NCBI GenBank assembly: GCA_965226795.1
Contig: CBDDDZ010000005.1
Span: 1,440,001-1,504,000, forward strand
Direction of reading: 5' to 3'
Origin: Candidatus Latescibacterota bacterium
GTDB lineage: Bacteria > Latescibacterota > UBA2968 > GCA-2709665
Length of the DNA stretch: 64,000 bases
Position 1 is the first letter of the stretch. Each line of letters begins with the position of its first letter. The translations under genes were made by a program, and so were the position numbers. Below the pieces are notes generated by a model, which did no database searches, was not told the DNA's origin, and worked only from the letters and a program-made list of their open reading frames with translations. Below are positions 20,788 to 30,824 of the stretch, piece after piece.

Positions 20788-22502
20788 TGTCCGCGGATAA
20801 ACTGGACGCTGTTCTTCAAGAAGTGCTGTGGAACCGGCTCATTTCCATTGTAAACGAGCAAGCCGCCGCGCTGATGCACGCCTCATTCACAACCGTGGTC
20901 CGGGAAGCCGGCGACCTGTCCGCGGGGATATTCAACCGGGGCGGCGATATGGTTGCACAGGCGGTGACGGGCACTCCGGGCCACATCAATACCATGGCGA
21001 CCTGTGTGCGCCATTTCGCGAAGGCGCATCCGATAGACAGTCTGAAACCCGGCGACAGCCTGCTCACCAACGATCCATGGTTGGGCTCGGGCCATCTGCA
21101 CGACATAACCGTGGTCACTCCCGTTTTTCATCATGGCAAGGCCGTGGGTTGGTTCGCCAATACCTGTCACGCCATGGATATCGGCGGACGAACGCTGGGC
21201 GCCGATGCACGCGAGGTATTTGAAGAGGGACTCCATATTCCGATCATGTTCCTGTTCCGTAAGGGCACGGTTAATCACGACTTAATGGAAATCGTTCGCG
21301 CCAATGTCCGAACCCCGGATGCCGTAGTGGGTGACCTTTATGCGCAGCAGGCGGGCAACGACGTGGGTGCCGCCAAGCTAACTGAGATGATGGCGGAATA
21401 CGAAATGGAAGACATCGAGTCCCTTGCGGGAATGATTCTGGATCGTTCAGAGGCCGCGACACGGGACGCGATCGGTGAGATTCCCAACGGCACGTATCAA
21501 GATGAGGTGATCGTCGACGGTTTCGATCACCCGCTGAAGATCGCGGTTTCCATTCACGTAAGGGACCGGGACATCGTCGTAGACTACGACGGCACGTCAC
21601 CGCAGGTGGACCGTGGAATCAACGTGGTCTACAATTATACGCACGCCTATACAACCTATCCGCTCGCGTGTTCAATCAGCCCCTCCGTCCCGAATAACGC
21701 GGGCAGTTTCCGGCCGGTCACGGTGACGGCGCCGGAGGGGTGTGTTCTGAATGCCAGGTTTCCCTGTGCCGTTGGCGCCCGGCATCTGATCGGGCACTTT
21801 CTTTCCCAGGCGGTATTCGGTGCTCTATCCAGGGCAATTCCCGAACGGGTGCTTGCGGATGGTTCGGCGGGGCTCTGGAACACGCAATTGGAAGGCTACG
21901 ATCGGGATGGGCGGGTGTTTTCCTACATCTTCTTCTCCGCTGGCGGCATGGGCGCCAGGTCGTCTTCGGACGGACTGTCGGCTACGGCCTTTCCCAGCGG
22001 GATCAAAGGTGTGCCCGCCGAGGCCATCGAAGCGGTTTCGCCCGTGCTGATGCTGAAACGGGAGTTGCGTCCGGATTCCGGCGGCGCGGGCCGGTTCCGC
22101 GGCGGACTGGGGCAGGAGATGGTGCTGAGAATGGATACCGATTCGGCGGTGTTGCATTCGTGTATGTATGACCGCACCAAAAGCCCGGCGCGCGGTTTTT
22201 TGGGTGGGGGGAACGGCGCCGTTGGCGAGGTGATCCTTTCCGACGGTTCCCGGCCGCACCCGAAGGGGAAATACGAACTTCAGCCGGAGCAGACGGTAAC
22301 GCTGAGACTGCCCGGCGGAGGCGGTTACTTCTCTCCGATGGCTCGTGATCCTCAGCGGGTGTTGAACGACGTACGGCAGGGTCGCGTTTCGCTGGAAGCG
22401 GCCCGAGATGTGTACGGCGTGGTTATAGACACTCTGAATTGGAAAGTGGACGGGGCCGCCACGGAATCTGTCAGGGAAGCGCGCGCAGATAAAGAAGGTT
22501 GA
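20784..22502 (+). CDS. Hydantoinase B / 5-oxoprolinase family protein (second copy)
   Basis: NDPWLGSGHLHD, HAMDIGG, FEEGL.IP, DSGGAGRFRGG, PGGGGY; ATGA overlap. Confidence 0.92.
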   Translation: MMSADKLDAVLQEVLWNRLISIVNEQAAALMHASFTTVVREAGDLSAGIFNRGGDMVAQAVTGTPGHINTMATCVRHFAKAHPIDSLKPGDSLLTNDPWLGSGHLHDITVVTPVFHHGKAVGWFANTCHAMDIGGRTLGADAREVFEEGLHIPIMFLFRKGTVNHDLMEIVRANVRTPDAVVGDLYAQQAGNDVGAAKLTEMMAEYEMEDIESLAGMILDRSEAATRDAIGEIPNGTYQDEVIVDGFDHPLKIAVSIHVRDRDIVVDYDGTSPQVDRGINVVYNYTHAYTTYPLACSISPSVPNNAGSFRPVTVTAPEGCVLNARFPCAVGARHLIGHFLSQAVFGALSRAIPERVLADGSAGLWNTQLEGYDRDGRVFSYIFFSAGGMGARSSSDGLSATAFPSGIKGVPAEAIEAVSPVLMLKRELRPDSGGAGRFRGGLGQEMVLRMDTDSAVLHSCMYDRTKSPARGFLGGGNGAVGEVILSDGSRPHPKGKYELQPEQTVTLRLPGGGGYFSPMARDPQRVLNDVRQGRVSLEAARDVYGVVIDTLNWKVDGAATESVREARADKEG

Positions 22503-22668
22503 ACGGGAGCGGCATCCTGACCAACCGGATTGCCTCGCCGGGTGTTGGGGATGCGGCGGTGTCCACGGCACGGCGGGCCGTGTTGCGAGACATCGGATCG
22601 TATTGAATCGGAACTTGAATATATATTCGAAAATCATTGGAAGACAGTTAGTTGCATAGGAAGTCTTT

Positions 22669-24039
22669 ATGGGAAAATGTGAAACGGATGACGGTTACCG
22701 GGGGATCTGGTGGTGGGACTCGCCCGTGGACAACGAGTACAGATACGTCTATTACAGCGGCGGATTTGCGACCTATACTGCCAAACACATTCCGCTTGCG
22801 TACTATTCCGAAACGGCAAATAAGACGTTTTTCTGCTACGGTGGAACGTACAGAGACAAGAACCAGATCCTGGCGATGGTCTCCTATTACGATCACGCCA
22901 CCGGGACGGTTCCGCGGCCGACCATCCTGATGGACAAGGGCACGGCCGACGCACACGACAACCCTGTTCTGATGCTGGACGACGAGGGCTACATCTGGGT
23001 TTTCGTGAGTGCCCACGGGACCGTCCGGCCCGCCTACATTTACAAGAGCGACAAGCCCTACTCCGTTGATGCATTCGAATGCATTCAGGAAACGAATTTC
23101 TCCTATCCTCAGCCCTGGCATTTGGATGACTACGGATTCCTGTTTCTGCACACCAGGTACCTCGGCGGCAGGTTCCTCTACTCATTAACCAGCCCGGACG
23201 GCGCAAACTGGTCCGAACCCCGGGCGTTGTCGAGGATCTGCCAGGGTCACTACCAGGTAAGTTGGCGGGCAGGAAAGCGGGTTGGTACCGCGTTCAACTA
23301 CCATCCTGTTAAGAAACCAGGTCCGCCCAGGACCAATCTGTATTACCTCCAGACCGACGATTTCGGCGAGACCTGGCGGAATGCCGGGGGAGAGCAGATG
23401 GACCTCCCTCTGGAAAGTCCTCGCAATGACGCGATCGTCCGGTACTACGAGAAAGAAGGCCTGCAGGTGTTCGTGAAAGATCTGAATTTCGACGTTCGCG
23501 GTCATCCCGTCATTCTCATTCTCACCAGCCGGGGGATGGAGACAGGCCCCCATAACGACCCGCGCGTATGGACGACAGTACGGTGGACGGGTAATGACTG
23601 GGATGTCCGGGACGCGTTCAAGTCGGACAATAACTACGACGCGGGGGGGCTTCATATCGAACCGGATGGGACCTGGCGGATTATCGCACCTACAGATAAG
23701 GGTCCTCAACCTTACAATACGGGGGGGGAAGTGGCGGTGTGGACAAGCGGCGATGAGGGGGCCACGTGGGAGAAGACCCGCCAGGCGACCCGAAACAGCA
23801 AGTACAACCACACGTACGTGCGCCGACCCGTAAACGCGCACCCGGAATTCTATGCTTTCTGGGCGGATGGACATGCGCGGGAACAGTCGGACTCCCGTCT
23901 CTATTTCTGCAACAAGACCGGGGAAAATGTGTTCCGGTTACCCACTTCGATGAAGCGGAATCAGCAGGAACCGATAAGGGTGGTTCCACTCACAGACGCC
24001 GAAGACCCAATAGGCACCGACGAAGCGGGCGCTGTTTAA
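22669..24039 (+). CDS. BNR-4 repeat (beta-propeller) protein
   Basis: [30 protein letters not shown], Asp-box motifs [23 protein letters not shown]. Confidence 0.8.
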   Translation: MGKCETDDGYRGIWWWDSPVDNEYRYVYYSGGFATYTAKHIPLAYYSETANKTFFCYGGTYRDKNQILAMVSYYDHATGTVPRPTILMDKGTADAHDNPVLMLDDEGYIWVFVSAHGTVRPAYIYKSDKPYSVDAFECIQETNFSYPQPWHLDDYGFLFLHTRYLGGRFLYSLTSPDGANWSEPRALSRICQGHYQVSWRAGKRVGTAFNYHPVKKPGPPRTNLYYLQTDDFGETWRNAGGEQMDLPLESPRNDAIVRYYEKEGLQVFVKDLNFDVRGHPVILILTSRGMETGPHNDPRVWTTVRWTGNDWDVRDAFKSDNNYDAGGLHIEPDGTWRIIAPTDKGPQPYNTGGEVAVWTSGDEGATWEKTRQATRNSKYNHTYVRRPVNAHPEFYAFWADGHAREQSDSRLYFCNKTGENVFRLPTSMKRNQQEPIRVVPLTDAEDPIGTDEAGAV

Positions 24040-24059
24040 TTGTCTGGAAAGGCGGTCCG

Positions 24060-24932
24060 ATGAAAGGTATCATTCTGTCCGGTGGGCTGGGAACCCGGCT
24101 GTACCCGCTCACGATTTCACTTTCAAAACAGATCATACCCATCTTCGACAAACCCATGATCTACTACCCGCTGTCGGTGTTGATGCTGGCCAATATCCGC
24201 GAATTCCTGGTTATTTCGTCGCCTGAGCATATTGGGCTTTACCAGAACCTGTTGGGGGACGGCAGCCGTCTGGGTGTGCGGTTCGACTATGCGATCCAGC
24301 CTCGTCCCGAGGGCGTCGCGCAATCGTTTCTCATTGGAGAGAAATTCATAAACGGAGGGCCTTGTGCGCTTATTTTCGGGGACAATTTCTTCTACGGCCA
24401 CGGTCTTTCCGGGTTGTTGGAGCAGGCCGGCAAACTCGAAGAGGGCGGGTTGGTTTTCGCGTATTACGTGCAGGATCCCGGGAGATACGGTGTGGTTGAA
24501 TTCGACGCTCGCATGAACGTTGTGGGCATTGAAGAAAAACCCAAACGTCCGAGGTCCAATTATGCGGTTACCGGACTCTATTTTTACGACGGAAGCGTCG
24601 TGGATATAGCGAAGGGGTTGAAGCCTTCGGATCGCGGAGAATTGGAAATTACCGATGTAAACAACGAATATCTCAGGCAGGGCAGATTGAGGGTCCAGTT
24701 GCTGGGAAGGGGAATTGCGTATCTGGACACGGGAACCCACGAGAGTCTGCTGGAAGCGAGCAATTTCGTGCAGATCGTCGAACACCGGCAGGGGTTGAAA
24801 ATCGCGTGCCTGGAAGAAATCGCGTTTCGAAAAGGGTACATCAGCGCGGGGCAACTTGAGGATATCGCGAACTATTCGAAAGAGAATGAGTACTGTCTGT
24901 ACCTGAAACGCCTGCTTGCATCCCGGAACTGA
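24060..24932 (+). CDS. rfbA: Glucose-1-phosphate thymidylyltransferase
   Basis: [47 protein letters not shown]. Confidence 0.95.
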   Translation: MKGIILSGGLGTRLYPLTISLSKQIIPIFDKPMIYYPLSVLMLANIREFLVISSPEHIGLYQNLLGDGSRLGVRFDYAIQPRPEGVAQSFLIGEKFINGGPCALIFGDNFFYGHGLSGLLEQAGKLEEGGLVFAYYVQDPGRYGVVEFDARMNVVGIEEKPKRPRSNYAVTGLYFYDGSVVDIAKGLKPSDRGELEITDVNNEYLRQGRLRVQLLGRGIAYLDTGTHESLLEASNFVQIVEHRQGLKIACLEEIAFRKGYISAGQLEDIANYSKENEYCLYLKRLLASRN

Positions 24933-25124
24933 TCCCGTGGATGCCAACAACAGCCTCGAACCGTCAGCCGCATCCAACGCGTGTGGAAGCCTGCAACGGA
25001 TTCTGACACCGTCGCTGAAATCTTAGGGATTCCGAGGTCCGATGGAGTTGAAAGTCAGGAACCGGATCTCACGCGTCCGGGGCACGATTTCAGCGGGCTA
25101 CGCGTATCCGAAGGAAAACTCCCG

Positions 25125-25463
25125 ATGTTGAGGATGTTTTGTATCGTAGCCACTCTCTTGTCGATTGTCCGCTGCGGCAGCGTTCCGGTGGCGCCTGAAG
25201 ACGCGATACTGGGTACGTGGAAACTGACCCTGGCGAGGAACGAGCCGGTGACGGCGAATTATTCGCTCGTCTTCGGTAAAAACGGAGTTTACACGTTCAT
25301 CAATACGATTTTCGACGGAAGCCAGATAAGTACACCCGGAAGTTGGCGAATTGAGAATCGTACCCTATACCTGGACAGCCTGGATTTCGGGTTCTCCGTC
25401 GACAAAGTCGAACTTACTCTGTACGCGCGGGACGGCACCGTTTTCGTCTATACGAAACAGTAG
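25125..25463 (+). CDS. Small exported hypothetical protein (possible lipoprotein, lipocalin-like GTW motif)
   Basis: Hydrophobic N-terminus ending in RCG, then ILGTWKL and GSW. Confidence 0.6.
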   Translation: MLRMFCIVATLLSIVRCGSVPVAPEDAILGTWKLTLARNEPVTANYSLVFGKNGVYTFINTIFDGSQISTPGSWRIENRTLYLDSLDFGFSVDKVELTLYARDGTVFVYTKQ

Positions 25464-25544
25464 CCCCTGTTGGAATTTACGTAACGAGGTTCGGAGTACT
25501 GCGGGGCACGGGAGCGCCGCCGCCCGGTGTCTCGAGGAGACGTT

Positions 25545-26918
25545 ATGCGCGTTGATCCTTCCATCAGCCTGAGGGATCTGGATTCCAGACTGGACCGGTG
25601 TTTCGAACTCGCAGGACAAAAAATCACTTCCATTTCCGATACCTGGGATCCCGGATGCGGCGCGCCGGTTTATACCGTTGGCGGGAAATACACCACCAGG
25701 GGTTGGACGGAATGGACGCAGGGATTCCAGTATGGTTGTGCGATATTGCTGTTCGACGCGTCGGGAGAGAAGCAGTTTCTGGAAATCGGTCGACGCGGCA
25801 CCATAGATCGGATGGCCGCACACGTGACCCACACAGGCGTACACGACCACGGATTCAACAACATATCAACCTACGGCAACCTCAGGCGTCTGATGCTTGA
25901 AGGCGCGATTTCGGGCGATTTGTGGGAGCAGCACTTTTACGAACTTGCCTTGAAAGCATCCGGTGCGGTGCAGGGGGCGCGTTGGACGACGATTCGGGAC
26001 GGGAAGGGGTTTATACCTTCTTTTAACGGCGCCCACTCGCTGTTCGCCGACACGATCCGCACCTGCCGGTCCCTGGGGCTTGCACACTGTCTGGGCCACC
26101 TGTTGATGGGGGAGAACGACAGGGCGATTTCGCTCCTTGACCGCATGATCCAGCATGCAGAAACAACGGCGCGGTTCAATGTGTATTACGGCGAGGGGCG
26201 CGATACCTACGACGCCCGAGGGCGGGTCGCGCATGAGTCTATTTTCAACGTGGAGGACGGAAATTATCGGTGTCCAGGCACTCAACAGGGATATTCGCCC
26301 TTTTCCACATGGACACGAGGCCTCGCATGGGTGGTAACGGGGTATGCCGAATTGCTGGAATTCCTCGACGTTCTGGCGGATGAGGATCTTTCGGCGTGCG
26401 GCGGTCGCGACCACATCACGGGATTCATGACCAGGGCAGCGACCGCGACCGCTGACTACTTCGCTAATGGTGCCTCCGCGGCCGACGGTATCCCGTACTG
26501 GGATACCGGCGCCCCAGGGTTGGCCCAGATGGGAGATTATCTTGGTCGGGCCGCGGATCCGTTCAACGAATTTGAACCCGTGGACAGTTCAGCGGCTGCG
26601 ATTGCGGCACAGGGCCTCTACCGTTTGGGCAAGTATCTGGATGGCGAGACCGGCGCGTCGTACACGAGAGCGGCGTTAACGGTCGCCCGTACTCTATTCG
26701 ACGCCCCGTATCTGGCTGAAGATGCGGATCACCAGGGTTTGATCCTGCATTCCGTATATCACCGACCCAATGGCTGGGACCGTCGTCGGCCGCATCAGAG
26801 CGTGCCAAATGGAGAGGCCTCCATGTGGGGAGATTATCACGCACTGGAACTGGCGGTACTGCTGAAACGTGAAATTAACGGGCAACCCTATCTGACGTTT
26901 TTCGATCGGAAGACGTGA
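25545..26918 (+). CDS. GH88-like glycosyl hydrolase (unsaturated glucuronyl hydrolase-like)
   Basis: WTEWTQGF, HDHGF, TQQGY...STWTRGLAW, PYWD, DSSAAAIAA, WGDY. Confidence 0.82.
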   Translation: MRVDPSISLRDLDSRLDRCFELAGQKITSISDTWDPGCGAPVYTVGGKYTTRGWTEWTQGFQYGCAILLFDASGEKQFLEIGRRGTIDRMAAHVTHTGVHDHGFNNISTYGNLRRLMLEGAISGDLWEQHFYELALKASGAVQGARWTTIRDGKGFIPSFNGAHSLFADTIRTCRSLGLAHCLGHLLMGENDRAISLLDRMIQHAETTARFNVYYGEGRDTYDARGRVAHESIFNVEDGNYRCPGTQQGYSPFSTWTRGLAWVVTGYAELLEFLDVLADEDLSACGGRDHITGFMTRAATATADYFANGASAADGIPYWDTGAPGLAQMGDYLGRAADPFNEFEPVDSSAAAIAAQGLYRLGKYLDGETGASYTRAALTVARTLFDAPYLAEDADHQGLILHSVYHRPNGWDRRRPHQSVPNGEASMWGDYHALELAVLLKREINGQPYLTFFDRKT

Positions 26919-27934
26919 TGATTTCAAAACGGCTGGTTGTGGTGGAACCCGGACGAATCGAACTACAGGAATATGAACTGGATTACACGCTGGAACCGCA
27001 CCAGGCGCTGGTCGAGGCCGAGTATTCGGTTGTCAGCGGGGGGACGGAGGGCGCGGGTTTCACGGGCCTGGTCAGGCAGATGCCATTCGGCGATGCGGGA
27101 AAGTACCCTAGAGAGACCGGATACGGACATCTGGGCAAGGTGCTGGCGGTGGGGACCGGGGTGACGATGTGTCAACCCGGCGACCGAGTGATCAGCTTCT
27201 CGAAACACGCGTCCGTGACCAAGGCCGATGCCGCTCGGATGGCGTTGCCTGTTTCCCCGACCGCAGGGGGAAAACACCTGGTATTCTCGCGGATGGCGGG
27301 GGTCAGCATGAGCGCGATACGTTCATCCTGCGCACAACCGGGGGATACGGTCCTCGTCATTGGAATGGGACTTGTCGGTAATTTCGCGGCTCAGCTCTTT
27401 TCACTGGCGGGGATGGAAGTAATGGCCGCGGACGTCTCGGCGTTTCGCCTGGAGAAGGCAAGGGCGTGCGGATTGAAACGGGGGGTGAACGCCGCCGGTG
27501 ACGACCTGGAGGCTGCGGTGATGGATTGGACGTCGGGCGAAGGCGCCCACGTGGTCGTTGAAGCCATTGGCATGAGCAGCGTCGTTGCCCAGGGGGTTCT
27601 GCTGGCGCGAACAGGCGGTGAGGTCATTCTGCTGGGCAGTCCGCGGGCGCCTGCCAGGCTTGACGTGACGCCGATGCTGCTGCATATTCATTTGAAAGCG
27701 ATACGGATGATCGGCGCGCTGGAATGGCGCTGGCCGCAGCATCCCACTGAACGCACGAGGGACATTACGGGCAATTACCGTCTGCTTTCAGACTGGATAG
27801 CGAACGAACGGCTGGTTGTGCCGCCCCTCCTTACTCACCTGGCTTCGCCGGCCGATTGTCAGTCTGTCTACGACGGAGTAACGGCCCGAAAAGACGAATA
27901 TCTGGGTGCGGTATTCGACTGGAGCCGCGCTTGA
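26918..27934 (+). CDS. Zinc-binding (MDR) alcohol dehydrogenase family protein
   Basis: SGGTE, YPRETGY, VIGMGLVG, VVVEAIG; coupled to the GH88-like stop. Confidence 0.85.
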   Translation: MISKRLVVVEPGRIELQEYELDYTLEPHQALVEAEYSVVSGGTEGAGFTGLVRQMPFGDAGKYPRETGYGHLGKVLAVGTGVTMCQPGDRVISFSKHASVTKADAARMALPVSPTAGGKHLVFSRMAGVSMSAIRSSCAQPGDTVLVIGMGLVGNFAAQLFSLAGMEVMAADVSAFRLEKARACGLKRGVNAAGDDLEAAVMDWTSGEGAHVVVEAIGMSSVVAQGVLLARTGGEVILLGSPRAPARLDVTPMLLHIHLKAIRMIGALEWRWPQHPTERTRDITGNYRLLSDWIANERLVVPPLLTHLASPADCQSVYDGVTARKDEYLGAVFDWSRA

Positions 27935-27989
27935 AACAGAAATCCATTTCGCTCTTCGAAAACGATCGCCGGCGCTGAGGTGGGATACC

Positions 27990-28862
27990 ATGAAGCGTAA
28001 ATTAAACACTTTCAACCCAATGGTTGGTCGAAACGCGGGCTTGAAAACGTCCCGTTGCGCGCCGTTGGTGATACTGATGGTCACACTGTGTTCGGCACCT
28101 GCGTGGAATGGAGAAGCAACGCCGTTCGATTTCGGAGCCCTTGACCGCATGTTGGGCAGGTTTGTGGATTCAAGGGGATGGGTTGACTACGCCGGAATAA
28201 AGGCCGAGCCGGCCGAACTCAGGCTTCTATTGGCCCGGCTGAGGGACGTAAGCCCGGAAAGCCATCCTGCGATATTTCCCGAGCGGGAAGATCGGCTGGC
28301 ATACTGGATCAACGCGTACAATACGCTTGTGATCAGCGGGGTGGTCAATGCGTATCCCGTAACGAGCGTCAAGAAGATTCATCCACAGCCCGGATTCTTC
28401 AAGGTATTCCATGTCCTCGGTGGAAAGTCCCGTTCACTTGATGATATTGAACATAATATCATCCGAAAAGAGTTCGCCGATCCTCGAATCCACGCCGCTC
28501 TGAACTGCGGCGCGGCATCCTGTCCCAGGTTGCGCCCGGAAGCATACCGTCCCGAGCGGCTCGAAAATCAGCTGGAAGCAGCCGTTGGGGACTTCATCCG
28601 CGACCCGCAGCATGTTATGGTGGACCGTGACAGCGGGACTTTGATACTTTCGAAAATTCTTGATTGGTTTGAAGGTGATTTCACCGACTGGTACAAACGT
28701 GCCCACCAGGTAAAAGATGTTCGAATCACGGACTACCTGAATATCCATCTTAACGAGGAAGACCGTGCGTTCCTGCGAACACGCCAGGGAATAACCGTTC
28801 GGTACATTCCGTACGATTGGACGCTTAACGACCGGGCGCTGCACCAGGACGAAACCCGTTAA
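27990..28862 (+). CDS. DUF547 domain-containing exported protein
   Basis: LAYWINAYN, SLDDIEH, DPRIHAALNCGAASCP, LSKILDWF, YDWTLN. Confidence 0.9.
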   Translation: MKRKLNTFNPMVGRNAGLKTSRCAPLVILMVTLCSAPAWNGEATPFDFGALDRMLGRFVDSRGWVDYAGIKAEPAELRLLLARLRDVSPESHPAIFPEREDRLAYWINAYNTLVISGVVNAYPVTSVKKIHPQPGFFKVFHVLGGKSRSLDDIEHNIIRKEFADPRIHAALNCGAASCPRLRPEAYRPERLENQLEAAVGDFIRDPQHVMVDRDSGTLILSKILDWFEGDFTDWYKRAHQVKDVRITDYLNIHLNEEDRAFLRTRQGITVRYIPYDWTLNDRALHQDETR

Positions 28863-28933
28863 CTGAATTACACCCGGCAAATGCTGCGCCATACATTAAT
28901 GTATTGGCGACGTTGCCGCGCAAGATGGTCTAG

Positions 28934-30587
28934 GAGTCTGCGCCGCAGGAAAATTCATTTCAATGGACAGGTAATGGTAGGTATAATGGGTCGTGCAGTT
29001 TAGAAATGTCAAGCAGTAAAGAGGTTGTGCGTTGTGTCAACGGAGGGAGCTATCGATGCCGACGACCTTTCGTGCGTATCACCCGGACCAGATATTGCTG
29101 TTGGCGCCTGATCTTCGGGAGTGGGTGCCTGAAGGTCATCTGTCGCATCAGGTGAGCGATCTGGTGGATTCACTGGATCTGGGATCATTCTACGCGCCGT
29201 ATGAAGGCGATGGGCGTCGCAACGCGCCTTATGAGCCATCGATGATGTTGAAGGTATTGATATATGGGTACGCGACGGGTGTGTATTCGTCTCGTGCGAT
29301 CGCTCGGAAGCTGGAGGAGGACGTGGCGTTTCGTATGTTGGCGGCAGGCAATTTTCCACAACACCGGACGATCTGCGAGTTTCGTCGTCGTCACCTAAAA
29401 GATTTCGGGCGTTTGTTCGTAGAGGTGGTTGGTGTGGCGCGGGAGATGGGTCTGGTACATTTCGGGACGCTCTCTTTAGACGGCACGAAGGTACGAGCGA
29501 AGGCGAGCAAGCGTAAGGCCATGAGTTACGAGCGGATGTTGAAGGAACAGGCTCGTCTGGAGAAAGAGATCGAGGCGTTGCTGGCGGGGGCTGTGTCGAT
29601 TGATGCCGAGGAGGACGCGCGTTACGGCGCGGATGTTCGTGGCGACGAGTTGCCGGTCGAGTTGCAGCGCAGGCAGGTTCGTCTGGCGGCGATCAGGGCG
29701 GCTCGGGAGCGTCTAAAAGCATCGCAACGAGCCGTCGACGATGCGCGCGGGCGCAAGCCCGGACAGAAGCGCAACCCGAAGGGCGGGCGGCCTTATAAAA
29801 GAGCTTATGGCGAGCCCGACCCGAAGGCTCAGAGCAACTTCACGGACCCCGAGTCTCGGATCATGAAGACGAGCGCGGAGGGTTTCCAGCAGTGCTACAA
29901 CGCCCAGACGGTGGTGGACGCCGAGCGTCAGATCATCGTGGCTGCGCATCTGGGGTCAGCGGCCACCGACCAGGGCCTCATGCTTCCCTTACTCGACGGG
30001 GTGGAAGAGACATTCGGGGTCAAGCTTCGGGGTCAAGCCCGGTGCGGTTCTGGCGGACGCGGGCTACTGCAACGAGGAGGACCTGGCCACGCTTGAGGAA
30101 CGTGGCATCGATGGTTACGTGGCGCTGGGGCGGGAGGGCAAGGAAAGGGTGGACGTCGATTCGGAGACGCTTCCGGCGACGCATCGCATGGGCGAAAAAC
30201 TGGCGAGCCCGGAAGGTCGGGGCCTGTATGCGAAGCGCAAGTGGCTCTCGGAGGCGCCCAACGGATGGATCAAGGAGATATTGGGCTTCCGACGCTTCAG
30301 CTTCCGGGGTCTGGAAAAGGTGCGTGCCGAGTGGTACCTGGTCTGCCTGGCGTTGAACGCCAAGCGGATGGCAGCGTTGACGATGTGTTGAGGCATGAGT
30401 TAGGGCGTCCTGTCCTTGTGGACTCGACATACGGGAAGCCAACCTCCCTAATATCTCGTCCTCAACACGCCTGACTGCCACGATGACCGCGCCCGAAACT
30501 CATCATACCACTCCCAACATAACACTGGTAGGCGAACCCAACACAGGCACATCTCGCCCTTTGCAAAAACTCCTGCGGCGCAGACTC
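28934..30587 (+). mobile_element. IS1182-family insertion sequence with CTAG target duplication
   Basis: Perfect 17-bp terminal IRs GAGTCTGCGCCGCAGGA (28934-28950) / TCCTGCGGCGCAGACTC (30571-30587), flanked by CTAG at 28930-33 and 30588-91. Confidence 0.88.
29056..30391 (+). pseudogene. IS1182-family transposase, frameshifted by a 13-bp tandem duplication
   Basis: YEPSMMLKVLIYGY..G.YSSR, LDGTK, NFTDPESRIM, YNAQ; VLADAGY and the C-terminal RFSFRG are in another frame after TTCGGGGTCAAGC x2 (30013-30038). Confidence 0.85.
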
Positions 30588-30824
30588 CTAGCCTGATTAA
30601 TTCATGAAAATGAACAGAACAGTGTCTGTGGAAGCAGAAAGTGTTCTGGAGGAGGGAAAATAGTAGAATGACGTGTTGGTGCCGCCATGATGAGTATTTT
30701 TACGTGTCCCAGCAGCAGCGAGGGTTGTCGAGTTCTTTATTTTGTGTGTGGAAAGCACAGACGGATGCCTTGGTCTTACGCGATGGCTATGAGAAAGGGA
30801 TGGATCGGCCGGCGTGAAACGGCG

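Noticed and set aside
23766..24059. 98-aa N-terminal extension of RfbA
   Set aside because: It overlaps the BNR-4 gene; the canonical MKGIIL start with an RBS is at 24060.
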